Positions 1 through 9,830 of a stretch of 64,000 nt of DNA are shown one piece after another. The notes beneath the pieces were generated by a model. It was not told where the DNA came from. It did no database searches and saw only the letters and a program-made list of their open reading frames with translations. Within the stretch, counting starts at the first letter, position 1. Every line of letters starts with the position of its first letter. This stretch comes from Tubulanus polymorphus (Eukaryota > Animalia > Nemertea), in assembly GCF_964204645.1 (NCBI RefSeq), contig NC_134030.1, forward strand, positions 14,508,110 through 14,572,109, in the 5' to 3' direction. A program made the position numbers and the translations under genes.

Positions 1-1
1 T

Positions 2-1012
2 AGTTTTACAACTTTAAAAAAGAGATACAATATAAAATCTAAACCTTTTTATAAATTAGATGCACTTGATATTGAAGAAGATTTTGATTTAAAATTATTA
101 TCTAAAAGTGAATTTAAAAAGTTAGAAGAAATGAAAGAACTTAAACAATTACAAGAAGATATAGATGAAAATAGAAATAAAATTTGTAATGAATTAAAGC
201 AACAATTAGATATTGATAATGAATTATTTGAGACAGAATTTAAAAAACTTGAAATAATTCCTGAAGTAAAATTAAATGATTATACTCCTAAAATATCTGG
301 AATTGACAATAATACAATTTTTGAAATTAGAGGTTTTTCAACTCAATGTAAATGTATAACAGATCTTTATTTCAGTTATATTTTAACAGATCAAGGCTTT
401 TATGAAACTACTACTAATTTAAGAGAATTATTGATAAAAACATTACAATTAGACGTATTAAATAATAATTATTTTGAATTGTCTTCGATCGAAAAAATCA
501 TCGAAAAGTTAAAAATAGGCGTTCATAGCCCTGATAGACACTTTATTTTATCAAAATTAGAAAAACCTATTTTCCAAGTAAAGAAGATAACACACGATCA
601 TTTTGAAATAATTGATAAAATGGATTTTGAATTGATGAAAAAATATACTGAATATTTAAAGATAAATTCTAATGATTTCATAAATGTATGTGATATACGT
701 AAAGAATCTGATTATTTAAGAAAAATGAAACTTAACAATATGAAAATTAAGCAATGCGAGCGTTTAGAACTATTAAAAGATAATTCTGAATATAATATTG
801 ATTTCATTAATCCTAGATATTTTAGAAATAAATTGCGCCATCTAATTTTAATTCATAATGATGAAAATATTTACATATCAAATGAATTTTTCGATAAAGA
901 AATGATCAAGAATAATATAACAGAATATCAGGTGATAAAATTGATTACGCACAAGCAAAAATATAATTCTCAGCGGCATAAAGAATTAGTAGTAAGTTTA
1001 ATTGTTATTTGA
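2..1012 (+). CDS. 3' part of the mirror copy of the 758-aa Rep-like ORF (5' part outside the window)
   Basis: Translation identical to the C-terminus of 3099-5375; frame open from the window edge. Confidence 0.9.
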   Translation, partial: SFTTLKKRYNIKSKPFYKLDALDIEEDFDLKLLSKSEFKKLEEMKELKQLQEDIDENRNKICNELKQQLDIDNELFETEFKKLEIIPEVKLNDYTPKISGIDNNTIFEIRGFSTQCKCITDLYFSYILTDQGFYETTTNLRELLIKTLQLDVLNNNYFELSSIEKIIEKLKIGVHSPDRHFILSKLEKPIFQVKKITHDHFEIIDKMDFELMKKYTEYLKINSNDFINVCDIRKESDYLRKMKLNNMKIKQCERLELLKDNSEYNIDFINPRYFRNKLRHLILIHNDENIYISNEFFDKEMIKNNITEYQVIKLITHKQKYNSQRHKELVVSLIVI

Positions 1013-1069
1013 ATTGAAACATATAAATATTTAACATTTTATAAACTGTTTAATTTTTCTCTTAAATAA

Positions 1070-1267
1070 ATGGATGGTTTCATCCCAACTGGGAAAAGTG
1101 ATTTGAAACATTATCTTGTAGCAGGAGGATTAATATTGGCTGCGCTTTATTTATACTATGAGAATATTAGTAAGGATTTGATGAATGAAAATATAAAATT
1201 GAGCAAGAAATTGAAAAAATTAAATGGAAATAAAAATAATCATAAAAAAGTTATTGAATCAGATTAG
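1070..1267 (+). CDS. 65-aa small protein with a single predicted transmembrane helix
   Basis: Hydrophobic stretch YLVAGGLILAALYLYY; start context T5-N8-TAAATG like the Polinton structural genes. Confidence 0.65.
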   Translation: MDGFIPTGKSDLKHYLVAGGLILAALYLYYENISKDLMNENIKLSKKLKKLNGNKNNHKKVIESD

Positions 1268-1287
1268 TGAATTAATTAAATAAATAA

Positions 1288-1590
1288 ATGAGTGAAAATA
1301 TATTAAACTTATTACATCTAATATATAAAAATCAACAGAATATTAAATCAATTATTATGCTTACAGGTTTATTTTCATTCTCAGTTTATACTATAAAACA
1401 GTTGTTAGAATTCTATGATTGCTGTAAAATTAGATACACTGAATTAATAGAAAATATGAATTATATTTCAGATAGATTGAATAATATTAAGTGTTGTGAA
1501 ATTTGTAATAAAAGATATAAAAATAAAAAGAGTTTGAGAAATCATAAATATATTCATGAATTAGATGAAAAATTATATGAATCAAAATAA
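1288..1590 (+). CDS. 100-aa protein with a hydrophobic segment and a C-terminal C2H2 zinc finger
   Basis: CEIC...LRNHKYIH; TAAATAAATG start. Confidence 0.7.
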   Translation: MSENILNLLHLIYKNQQNIKSIIMLTGLFSFSVYTIKQLLEFYDCCKIRYTELIENMNYISDRLNNIKCCEICNKRYKNKKSLRNHKYIHELDEKLYESK

Positions 1591-1670
1591 GAAATCGACT
1601 GTTAAATTAGCTGAAAATATAAAATATATTAGTTGAAATGTATGAAAAAAAGGGGGTTGAGGTATCAATA

Positions 1671-1745
1671 TATTAGATACCCTATTAGATACCCTAATAC
1701 CATGTATTAGATACCCTATTAGATACCCTAATACCATGTATTAAA
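1671..1745. repeat. TATTAGATACCC short tandem repeats (mirror copy ~2366-2440)
   Basis: Four copies of TATTAGATACCC next to an A8-G5 run; the same motif recurs at 45027-45090. Confidence 0.85.
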
Positions 1746-2520
1746 TACGTATTAATGGTATTGAATACATATTATGCTTTATTTCTGAAAATGAAGTAAC
1801 AGAAGTAATTTATGTTTTAATTCATTCGAGTATGATATTATAAATTCTTTACACTTGACTAGGATAATACAAGAGTGATATTAGTTAGTTGGCTTATTCA
1901 GTAAGAGAAACAATGAAATAATACTAGAGTGATACTAACAGTTAAAGTTATTGAATTTCTTGTTAAATATATTTGAATTCTAGTCAATTCTTGTTAACCA
2001 ATAGCGCGAATAGAAATTAAAAAGATTTAAATAAAAAAAACAATAAGTTACTTTATCTAGTAACTTATTGTTTTTTTTATTTAAATCTTTTTAATTTCTA
2101 TTCGCGCTATTGGTTAACAAGAATTGACTAGAATTCAAATATATTTAACAAGAAATTCAATAACTTTAACTGTTAGTATCACTCTAGTATTATTTCATTG
2201 TTTCTCTTACTGAATAAGCCAACTAACTAATATCACTCTTGTATTATCCTAGTCAAGTGTAAAGAATTTATAATATCATACTCGAATGAATTAAAACATA
2301 AATTACTTCTGTTACTTCATTTTCAGAAATAAAGCATAATATGTATTCAATACCATTAATACGTATTTAATACATGGTATTAGGGTATCTAATAGGGTAT
2401 CTAATACATGGTATTAGGGTATCTAATAGGGTATCTAATATATTGATACCTCAACCCCCTTTTTTTCATACATTTCAACTAATATATTTTATATTTTCAG
2501 CTAATTTAACAGTCGATTTC

Positions 2521-2823
2521 TTATTTTGATTCATATAATTTTTCATCTAATTCATGAATATATTTATGATTTCTCAAACTCTTTTTATTTTTATATCTTT
2601 TATTACAAATTTCACAACACTTAATATTATTCAATCTATCTGAAATATAATTCATATTTTCTATTAATTCAGTGTATCTAATTTTACAGCAATCATAGAA
2701 TTCTAACAACTGTTTTATAGTATAAACTGAGAATGAAAATAAACCTGTAAGCATAATAATTGATTTAATATTCTGTTGATTTTTATATATTAGATGTAAT
2801 AAGTTTAATATATTTTCACTCAT
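2521..2823 (-). CDS. Mirror copy of the 100-aa C2H2 zinc-finger protein
   Basis: Identical translation to 1288-1590. Confidence 0.7.
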   Translation of the reverse strand: MSENILNLLHLIYKNQQNIKSIIMLTGLFSFSVYTIKQLLEFYDCCKIRYTELIENMNYISDRLNNIKCCEICNKRYKNKKSLRNHKYIHELDEKLYESK

Positions 2824-2843
2824 TTATTTATTTAATTAATTCA

Positions 2844-3041
2844 CTAATCTGATTCAATAACTTTTTTATGATTATTTTTATTTCCATTTAATTTTTTCAA
2901 TTTCTTGCTCAATTTTATATTTTCATTCATCAAATCCTTACTAATATTCTCATAGTATAAATAAAGCGCAGCCAATATTAATCCTCCTGCTACAAGATAA
3001 TGTTTCAAATCACTTTTCCCAGTTGGGATGAAACCATCCAT
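2844..3041 (-). CDS. Mirror copy of the 65-aa membrane protein
   Basis: Identical translation to 1070-1267. Confidence 0.65.
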   Translation of the reverse strand: MDGFIPTGKSDLKHYLVAGGLILAALYLYYENISKDLMNENIKLSKKLKKLNGNKNNHKKVIESD

Positions 3042-3098
3042 TTATTTAAGAGAAAAATTAAACAGTTTATAAAATGTTAAATATTTATATGTTTCAAT

Positions 3099-5375
3099 TC
3101 AAATAACAATTAAACTTACTACTAATTCTTTATGCCGCTGAGAATTATATTTTTGCTTGTGCGTAATCAATTTTATCACCTGATATTCTGTTATATTATT
3201 CTTGATCATTTCTTTATCGAAAAATTCATTTGATATGTAAATATTTTCATCATTATGAATTAAAATTAGATGGCGCAATTTATTTCTAAAATATCTAGGA
3301 TTAATGAAATCAATATTATATTCAGAATTATCTTTTAATAGTTCTAAACGCTCGCATTGCTTAATTTTCATATTGTTAAGTTTCATTTTTCTTAAATAAT
3401 CAGATTCTTTACGTATATCACATACATTTATGAAATCATTAGAATTTATCTTTAAATATTCAGTATATTTTTTCATCAATTCAAAATCCATTTTATCAAT
3501 TATTTCAAAATGATCGTGTGTTATCTTCTTTACTTGGAAAATAGGTTTTTCTAATTTTGATAAAATAAAGTGTCTATCAGGGCTATGAACGCCTATTTTT
3601 AACTTTTCGATGATTTTTTCGATCGAAGACAATTCAAAATAATTATTATTTAATACGTCTAATTGTAATGTTTTTATCAATAATTCTCTTAAATTAGTAG
3701 TAGTTTCATAAAAGCCTTGATCTGTTAAAATATAACTGAAATAAAGATCTGTTATACATTTACATTGAGTTGAAAAACCTCTAATTTCAAAAATTGTATT
3801 ATTGTCAATTCCAGATATTTTAGGAGTATAATCATTTAATTTTACTTCAGGAATTATTTCAAGTTTTTTAAATTCTGTCTCAAATAATTCATTATCAATA
3901 TCTAATTGTTGCTTTAATTCATTACAAATTTTATTTCTATTTTCATCTATATCTTCTTGTAATTGTTTAAGTTCTTTCATTTCTTCTAACTTTTTAAATT
4001 CACTTTTAGATAATAATTTTAAATCAAAATCTTCTTCAATATCAAGTGCATCTAATTTATAAAAAGGTTTAGATTTTATATTGTATCTCTTTTTTAAAGT
4101 TGTAAAACTAATTCCTGTTTCACGTAATTTAAATCTAAATATAAATTTATTCAATACTGTAAACATTGAATTAGTTGAAGATATAACAGTTGCTCCTTCA
4201 GTTTTAATATATTTTTTTGCTTCAATAATGAATTCTGATTTATCATCATTTTGATTAATTGTTAGGTATAAACATGGGATATTCTTAATTGTAAACATTG
4301 ATAAAATAAGTAAAAAGGAGGACTCTTCAATATTTTTACTTATCCTAGATTTATATCCTATAAATTTCCTTGCTAATAAATCACCATAATAACAGAAATA
4401 AAAGCATTTTTCAATCAAATCATAAATACATACGGTCTGTTGAACCTCATCAAATAATGATTTAAGTTGTAAATATGTAGGTGAATAGTAAATATTTTCT
4501 TTTTTTAAGTATTGTTTTATTTTTCCCATCACTTTTAATCCTCTTTTAAATGAAATACTTGTTATTTCAATTCTAATCAATCCTGTTTCAATTGATTTTT
4601 CAAATGATTCTTTTAACCTCTCTTGATAGCAATTTATGTAACTCATTAAATTTGAACCGAAATTTATATTTACACCAGGAGATTTGAATTGACATGCTGT
4701 TTTATTATAGATCTTTATTTTATCATCCTTATGTAATGCTGAAACACAACTATTGGAAAATTCTTTTAGAATTTTATATTTTCTATTTTCGAACATTGAT
4801 TTTATTTCATCTGAATTAAATGATCCTTTAAAATCTTGTGTCACATCTACATCTAATATATTGTAATTTTTTTCATTTAATAATTTTTCAATATTATCCA
4901 TTTTCTGTATTAATTCATTTAAATTTTGATTGCATAATGAAATTTTAAATACAGCAATATAATCTGTTAATTTTAATTCTTGATTAATTCTACTTAATAT
5001 ATATGATTTTGAATTATCATCATGAATTGTTAAAACACGTGTAATTTTTATAGCTAAGTTATCCAATATAATATCTCCTTGATTAAAACATTCTTTAATT
5101 TCATAATGTGTTATCTTTCTCTGATTAATGTTTAGAAAAGTTGTTCTATTTTCTTTTATAATTTCTTTTTCTAACATGATTTTATATAGCATTATATTAT
5201 CGCAAAATATATCTGATGTTTCAATTAATTCATTATTTTCAGATTTATAATACTCATTTATATTTACTCCTGAAATATCTGCTAAATTATTGTTAACAGT
5301 TAAATAATATAATATTGAATTTATATATTTATTACTCATGTCTTTCGCGGGAACTTTAATTAATCTTGTGCACAT
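3099..5375 (-). CDS. 758-aa intact protein; putative Rep_trans-like (RepC/MOB_T-type) tyrosine nickase / replication initiator
   Basis: Uninterrupted 758 codons in very AT-rich DNA; motifs D175-V-D177-V-T-Q-D181-F, K-I-Y223-N-K and I-R268-I-E270-I in the order of RepC RLDLAFDF / RIYNK / WRVEIE. ORF is secure, function is inferred. Confidence 0.6.
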   Translation of the reverse strand: MCTRLIKVPAKDMSNKYINSILYYLTVNNNLADISGVNINEYYKSENNELIETSDIFCDNIMLYKIMLEKEIIKENRTTFLNINQRKITHYEIKECFNQGDIILDNLAIKITRVLTIHDDNSKSYILSRINQELKLTDYIAVFKISLCNQNLNELIQKMDNIEKLLNEKNYNILDVDVTQDFKGSFNSDEIKSMFENRKYKILKEFSNSCVSALHKDDKIKIYNKTACQFKSPGVNINFGSNLMSYINCYQERLKESFEKSIETGLIRIEITSISFKRGLKVMGKIKQYLKKENIYYSPTYLQLKSLFDEVQQTVCIYDLIEKCFYFCYYGDLLARKFIGYKSRISKNIEESSFLLILSMFTIKNIPCLYLTINQNDDKSEFIIEAKKYIKTEGATVISSTNSMFTVLNKFIFRFKLRETGISFTTLKKRYNIKSKPFYKLDALDIEEDFDLKLLSKSEFKKLEEMKELKQLQEDIDENRNKICNELKQQLDIDNELFETEFKKLEIIPEVKLNDYTPKISGIDNNTIFEIRGFSTQCKCITDLYFSYILTDQGFYETTTNLRELLIKTLQLDVLNNNYFELSSIEKIIEKLKIGVHSPDRHFILSKLEKPIFQVKKITHDHFEIIDKMDFELMKKYTEYLKINSNDFINVCDIRKESDYLRKMKLNNMKIKQCERLELLKDNSEYNIDFINPRYFRNKLRHLILIHNDENIYISNEFFDKEMIKNNITEYQVIKLITHKQKYNSQRHKELVVSLIVI

Positions 5376-6210
5376 TTATATATCAAATTTTTATTAAAAT
5401 AGGTTAAAATTCAAAAAGAGTTAGAGTTCGCTGAAACCTTACGCTTTAAAATATTTTTTTTTCCCTTATTGGTAATGCTGAAACACAACTATTGGAAAAT
5501 TCTTTTAGAATTTTATATTTTCTATTTTCGAACATTGATTTTATTTCATCTGAATTAAATGATCCTTTAAAATCTTGTGTCACATCTACATCTAATATAT
5601 TGTAATTTTTTTCATTTAATAATTTTTCAATATTATCCATTTTCTGTATTAATTCATTTAAATTTTGATTGCATAATGAAATTTTAAATACAGCAATATA
5701 ATCTGTTAATTTTAATTCTTGATTAATTCTACTTAATATATATGATTTTGAATTATCATCATGAATTGTTAAAACACGTGTAATTTTTATAGCTAAGTTA
5801 TCCAATATAATATCTCCTTGATTAAAACATTCTTTAATTTCATAATGTGTTATCTTTCTCTGATTAATGTTTAGAAAAGTTGTTCTATTTTCTTTTATAA
5901 TTTCTTTTTCTAACATGATTTTATATAGCATTATATTATCGCAAAATATATCTGATGTTTCAATTAATTCATTATTTTCAGATTTATAATACTTATTTAT
6001 ATTTACTCCTGAAATATCTGCTAAATTATTGTTAACAGTTAAATAATATAATATTGAATTTATATATTTATTACTCATGTCTTTCGCGGGAACTTTAATT
6101 AATCTTGTGCACATTTATATATCAAATTTTTATTAAAATAGGTTAAAATTCAAAAAGAGTTAGAGTTCGCTGAAACCTTACGCTTTAAAATATTTTTTTA
6201 CCCTTATTGG
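4733..6210. repeat. 739-bp tandem duplication of the promoter and 5' part of the Rep-like gene
   Basis: 4733-5471 repeats as 5472-6210; ORF starts 5375 and 6114 are 739 bp apart; near identical (one E/K change). Confidence 0.92.
5446..6114 (-). pseudogene. 3'-truncated duplicate of the Rep-like ORF (aa 1-214), ending before KIYNK
   Basis: Matches 3099-5375 up to ...CVSAL, then an unrelated 8-aa tail. Confidence 0.85.
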
Positions 6211-6388
6211 GATCATTATTCCATAATTCAACAAATTTCTTTCCTTTTGTTAACTGTTCTGAATATAACTGTAAATATTCTAGTTTCAATTTATTCTCTA
6301 AATGTGTTATAGTTTTATTGTGTCTTGCTTTTTGAGACTTATCTATATCGATATTACATGTTGGGCAGTAGTATTTATTTGCTTCCAT
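6185..6388 (-). CDS. Chimeric small ORF: pPolB N-terminal zinc finger plus HNH-gene C-terminal tail (Polinton right-end ORF)
   Basis: MEANKYYCPTC...KLKLEY matches the pPolB start; LQLYSEQLTK...WNNDPN matches the HNH tail; same chimera at 40482-40718. Confidence 0.6.
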   Translation of the reverse strand: MEANKYYCPTCNIDIDKSQKARHNKTITHLENKLKLEYLQLYSEQLTKGKKFVELWNNDPNKGKKIF

Positions 6389-6636
6389 TTCAATACTATA
6401 TTTTTTATTAAAATTGATTTTAGAAGTTCAAAGATTTAAATGTTATTCATATATATGTGAATAACATTTAAGAGTAATAGGGGTTTAGTTGTTTCAGGCT
6501 AAAGGTTGAACGGGCGGGTGAGTAAAAATGAAAAAACATAAAAATAATAACAATTTCTACTTGAATTAGGAGCAAAACTCATAAAAATGAAAAATAAATT
6601 CGAGCGTGTGAGAATTTATTTTTCATTTTCATGAGT
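6205..6636 (+). mobile_element. Polinton right-end/TIR fragment including the inner arm and apex of a terminal hairpin (6473-6636)
   Basis: Collinear with 40540-40830; AGTAATAGGGG at 6473. Confidence 0.85.
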
Positions 6637-7499
6637 CTTCTATTAGATTTGACTACTAACAACTTTGAAACGAAATGTTAAACTCTGATAATAATATAAC
6701 AGTCTCTTTCTGCGCGTAGTTTCTATGGATGTACTGTGCTTCCTATTTTAAACTGGAAGTTACTCAAAGATAGCACCGGTGGAAATAGCAATCATCAATC
6801 ATGGCGCGCATACTGGCGCGAATCTGAAAGTTTGTGACGTCATTTCATAAATAAATAAAGAAGGAAGGCTACGAGAATATCCAAATCACAGGTTACTGTG
6901 AATAACTGGGATTCGACCATTCACAAGTTAAAAATGTACTTCCTTGTTTGTGAAGTAAGTTTATTCATACTGTTATTAAAAGCAGTTCCTTTTAAACATT
7001 CTATAATAGTATAATTTTGTTCGTGGATATCAATACTTCGAAAAATCAACAGCGCTTTATTTATTTATTGTACCGGTTCGCGTTTTCTTAATTGAATTGA
7101 ATTGGTCCGGTCCAAAAGGCGGGTCATACTAGTTAGCGTCAGAAAATGTCAGCGTCGGTGATACCTTGTTATCGTCGATATTAAACGGTTTAAAGTCAGT
7201 TTATACATCACATACATTACAAATTGGAGGTTCCTTGTACATGTACATCACATCGTGACGCAGCGGCGATGGTAATGTCATAGAAGAACAAAGTCAGTTG
7301 AAAGTACCTACCCACTGCACCGATAAAGAATGATTGCTAGCCAGAGACCAGTGCCAGTCAGTAATGGGGAGTGATGGTACCGTTCGTGATTATGTTTTTA
7401 TAATGGTTATTGGACGTCAATTTCATATGTGAATTGTAGTCCCCATCTGATCGCTTGACTTGTCACTCCTCTACTAATAGTAACACTAATAGTAACACT

Positions 7500-7790
7500 T
7501 TAAGTGCACTTTATTGGGTAAAGTACACTCGGAGTGCACTCATTGAGTGCACTTTTGTAAAATTAGTGCACTTTATGATAAGGAAAGTGCACTTTTGAAA
7601 AAAGTGTACTCGATAAGTGTACTCATTGAGTGCACTTTTGTAAAATTAGTGCACTTTATCACAAGGAAAGTGCACTTCACAAAAGAAGTGTACTCAATGA
7701 GTGTACTCATTGAGTCTTTTTTCGTAAAACTAGTGCACCTTACAGGAAAAGTGTACTTTACTGGTAAATGGACTGAAAGTGCACTTATTC
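7500..7790. repeat. ~83-bp tandem repeat (3 units) built from palindromic AGTGCACT/AGTGTACT words
   Basis: AGTGYACTCATTGAGT recurs at ~7533, ~7616 and ~7699. Confidence 0.8.
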
Positions 7791-8361
7791 ATTTCCGTAT
7801 TGAACTCAAATCGACTCCAAGAGCATTCTGTCACATGTGTACTCAGCTAGGTCATTAAAGCGAAAATATGATTAAAAATTAGACAATCAAAAATAAGACA
7901 ACAAATTTCATATATCAAACCATAACTTTATTTCTTTATTGAACTTTCAATAAAAAACCACACAATCATATACATTCCTATTTTCTAATTTCAACATTAA
8001 TATTTTCGATTGAAAACAACATATGAATCAAGCAATCAAGACATACAGTTTCTTACAAAGGATTAGACTAAATCAAGCCTAATTACATTCACTATGCGTG
8101 TACATTTATTTAACTTGAAAATGAAAATGATTACACTCTAAAAGTCAATAATGACAAATTACAAATCATGTTCCAGTTCAACTGGTACCACGTAAATAGC
8201 AGCACTGAACATACACATTTTAAAAAAGGAATAAATCACCTTCTACCACTCTAAATTAATCCACTTTATGTCAGTGGATATACACCTGAACTTATAGAAA
8301 TGCAGTGTGTAATTAAGTCAAACAAGAATTACCACCATGGCTCAAAAAAATTATTTGCCCG

Positions 8362-8466
8362 GCCAGTAGCTTGCATAAAAGTTGGTTAGAGTTAACTAAT
8401 GAATAGTTGAGATGGTGCCAAATAAGTTCCCGTCAGTTATCTTTAATCAACTTTTGAGCTACTGGC
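8362..8466. mobile_element. Short MITE-like inverted repeat
   Basis: GCCAGTAGCT..AAAAGTTG..TAACT / AGTTA..CAACTTTT..AGCTACTGGC. Confidence 0.45.
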
Positions 8467-8996
8467 GGCCCCCGGAGCTGGAGCTGTCCATACAACAACA
8501 GCCTTGTTGGGGAACTAGCACTCAGTCGAGTGGTACATCTAACATGTAAAAATAAGGCAAACTTTTAGATGTATCCCGGAATGAGAATGGTTATCTAAAT
8601 TTTAAATCATTTTTATATACATAAGTAAAGTTAGAACTTGGGGTCAGACAGGTTGAAGACATGACAACTGACAAACTGGACACTGACTTGAACTAATTAC
8701 TGTGACAACTTATTGAATAGTCTGACAATTGGATTAGGATATCTATATCACATCTAGTAAATTATAGCATAGGCCTATAAAGCATATCATCCATTAAGAA
8801 AATAAGTAAATGTTATGAATAGATGAATATTTCAATATCAAATTGTAAATACATTATTTAATTCCTGTGACTTATGTATGTTGAATGTAAATGTTATGGC
8901 GATAAAGATTTAATTGATCAATTAAATCAATTAATCTTTATCAACATAACATTGATACATGAGTCGAGAAGATACACAATATCCGTGACAGATGAA

Positions 8997-9134
8997 TAAC
9001 GAGAGAAATCCCACAACAACATATCCAGTACGCCTGATAATGGCTAATAGCTTTTAGCCGAAACGTTCGAAAAATACCATCTTACTATAGAACTTTTAAT
9101 TTTTTGCTGATATATTGTGGGATTTCTCTCGTTA
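8997..9134 (+). mobile_element. Penelope-like remnant: 20-bp inverted repeats around a degenerate hammerhead motif
   Basis: TAACGAGAGAAATCCCACAA / TTGTGGGATTTCTCTCGTTA flank CTGATAA-tGGCTA..TAGCC-GAAACGTT. Confidence 0.5.
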
Positions 9135-9691
9135 ACATTGATACAATTAATGATATATCATTCATTGACCCTCGTATCGTGTTTTATTGTTGAAGTATAT
9201 ACATATATGACAAATGATTGTGGTGATCATTTATATTTGAAGGGTTTGCTGGGAAATTAAAGAGTTTCATTGATGGTATACAACCTTCTTTGGTGCCAGT
9301 AAAACCACCAATCAATCAATGTATAAACCAAATATCAAGACAATACATGGAAGCTTCTTCATAGTTCCCAAAATAACTTGATTCCGTACACAGATTGAAG
9401 GACGCAAAAGTGAACGCAATAGCCCGCTGGGACTAAAGTCCCAAGTAGGCTGAAAATAAGCCCGTCAATCACACTCAACATCATTTGGCAATGGGATGTA
9501 TGCATAATTAAATCTAGTTTCAAAAAACGAAGGAAGAAAGATACATTTTCTCCCAATTTGGTCTGGGGACACAGCTTTTAGCTGCCCTTCATCATTACCC
9601 ATGAGTATATAATTACCAATAGTGCCATAGTCAGCGTCTCGTTTTGAATACTTTTTAACATTTATGTGACTGCCTAAAAATAATGTAATTA

Positions 9692-9830
9692 GAGTGTGCG
9701 AGAATTATTTTTCATTTTTATGAGTTTCGCTACTAATTCAAATAGCAATTGTTATTATTTTCATATTTTTTCATTTTTTATGAGCTCGACATTTCGACCT
9801 TTGGTATGAAAGCCCATTACCCCTATTACT
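9692..9830 (+). mobile_element. Outer arm of a Polinton terminal hairpin (element end ...CCCTATTACT)
   Basis: GAGCTCGAC..CGACCTTTG..GAAAGCCCATTACCCCTATTACT as at 41157-41204; complementary to 6473-6600. Confidence 0.8.

Larger units (their letters stand above)
1..4110. repeat. Perfect inverted repeat (palindrome), arms of at least 2052 bp, 6-nt apex TTATCT at 2053-2058; runs off the left edge of the window
   Basis: Position i pairs with 4111-i: ORFs 1070-1267/2844-3041 and 1288-1590/2521-2823 are identical mirror copies, bases 1-10 are the reverse complement of 4101-4110, apex CAATAAGTTACT-ttatct-AGTAACTTATTG. Confidence 0.97.

Noticed and set aside
2059-2110. Poxvirus concatemer-resolution sequence or Helitron CTAG end at the palindrome apex
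   Set aside because: T-run to TAAAT spacing is too short for T6-N7-9-TAAAT; no GC-rich subterminal hairpin or HUH/helicase motifs
3099-5375. HUH Rep, protelomerase or DDE transposase identity for the 758-aa ORF
   Set aside because: No convincing HUH plus YxxK set, Walker motifs, R-K-H-R-H-Y recombinase pattern or DDE context seen by eye
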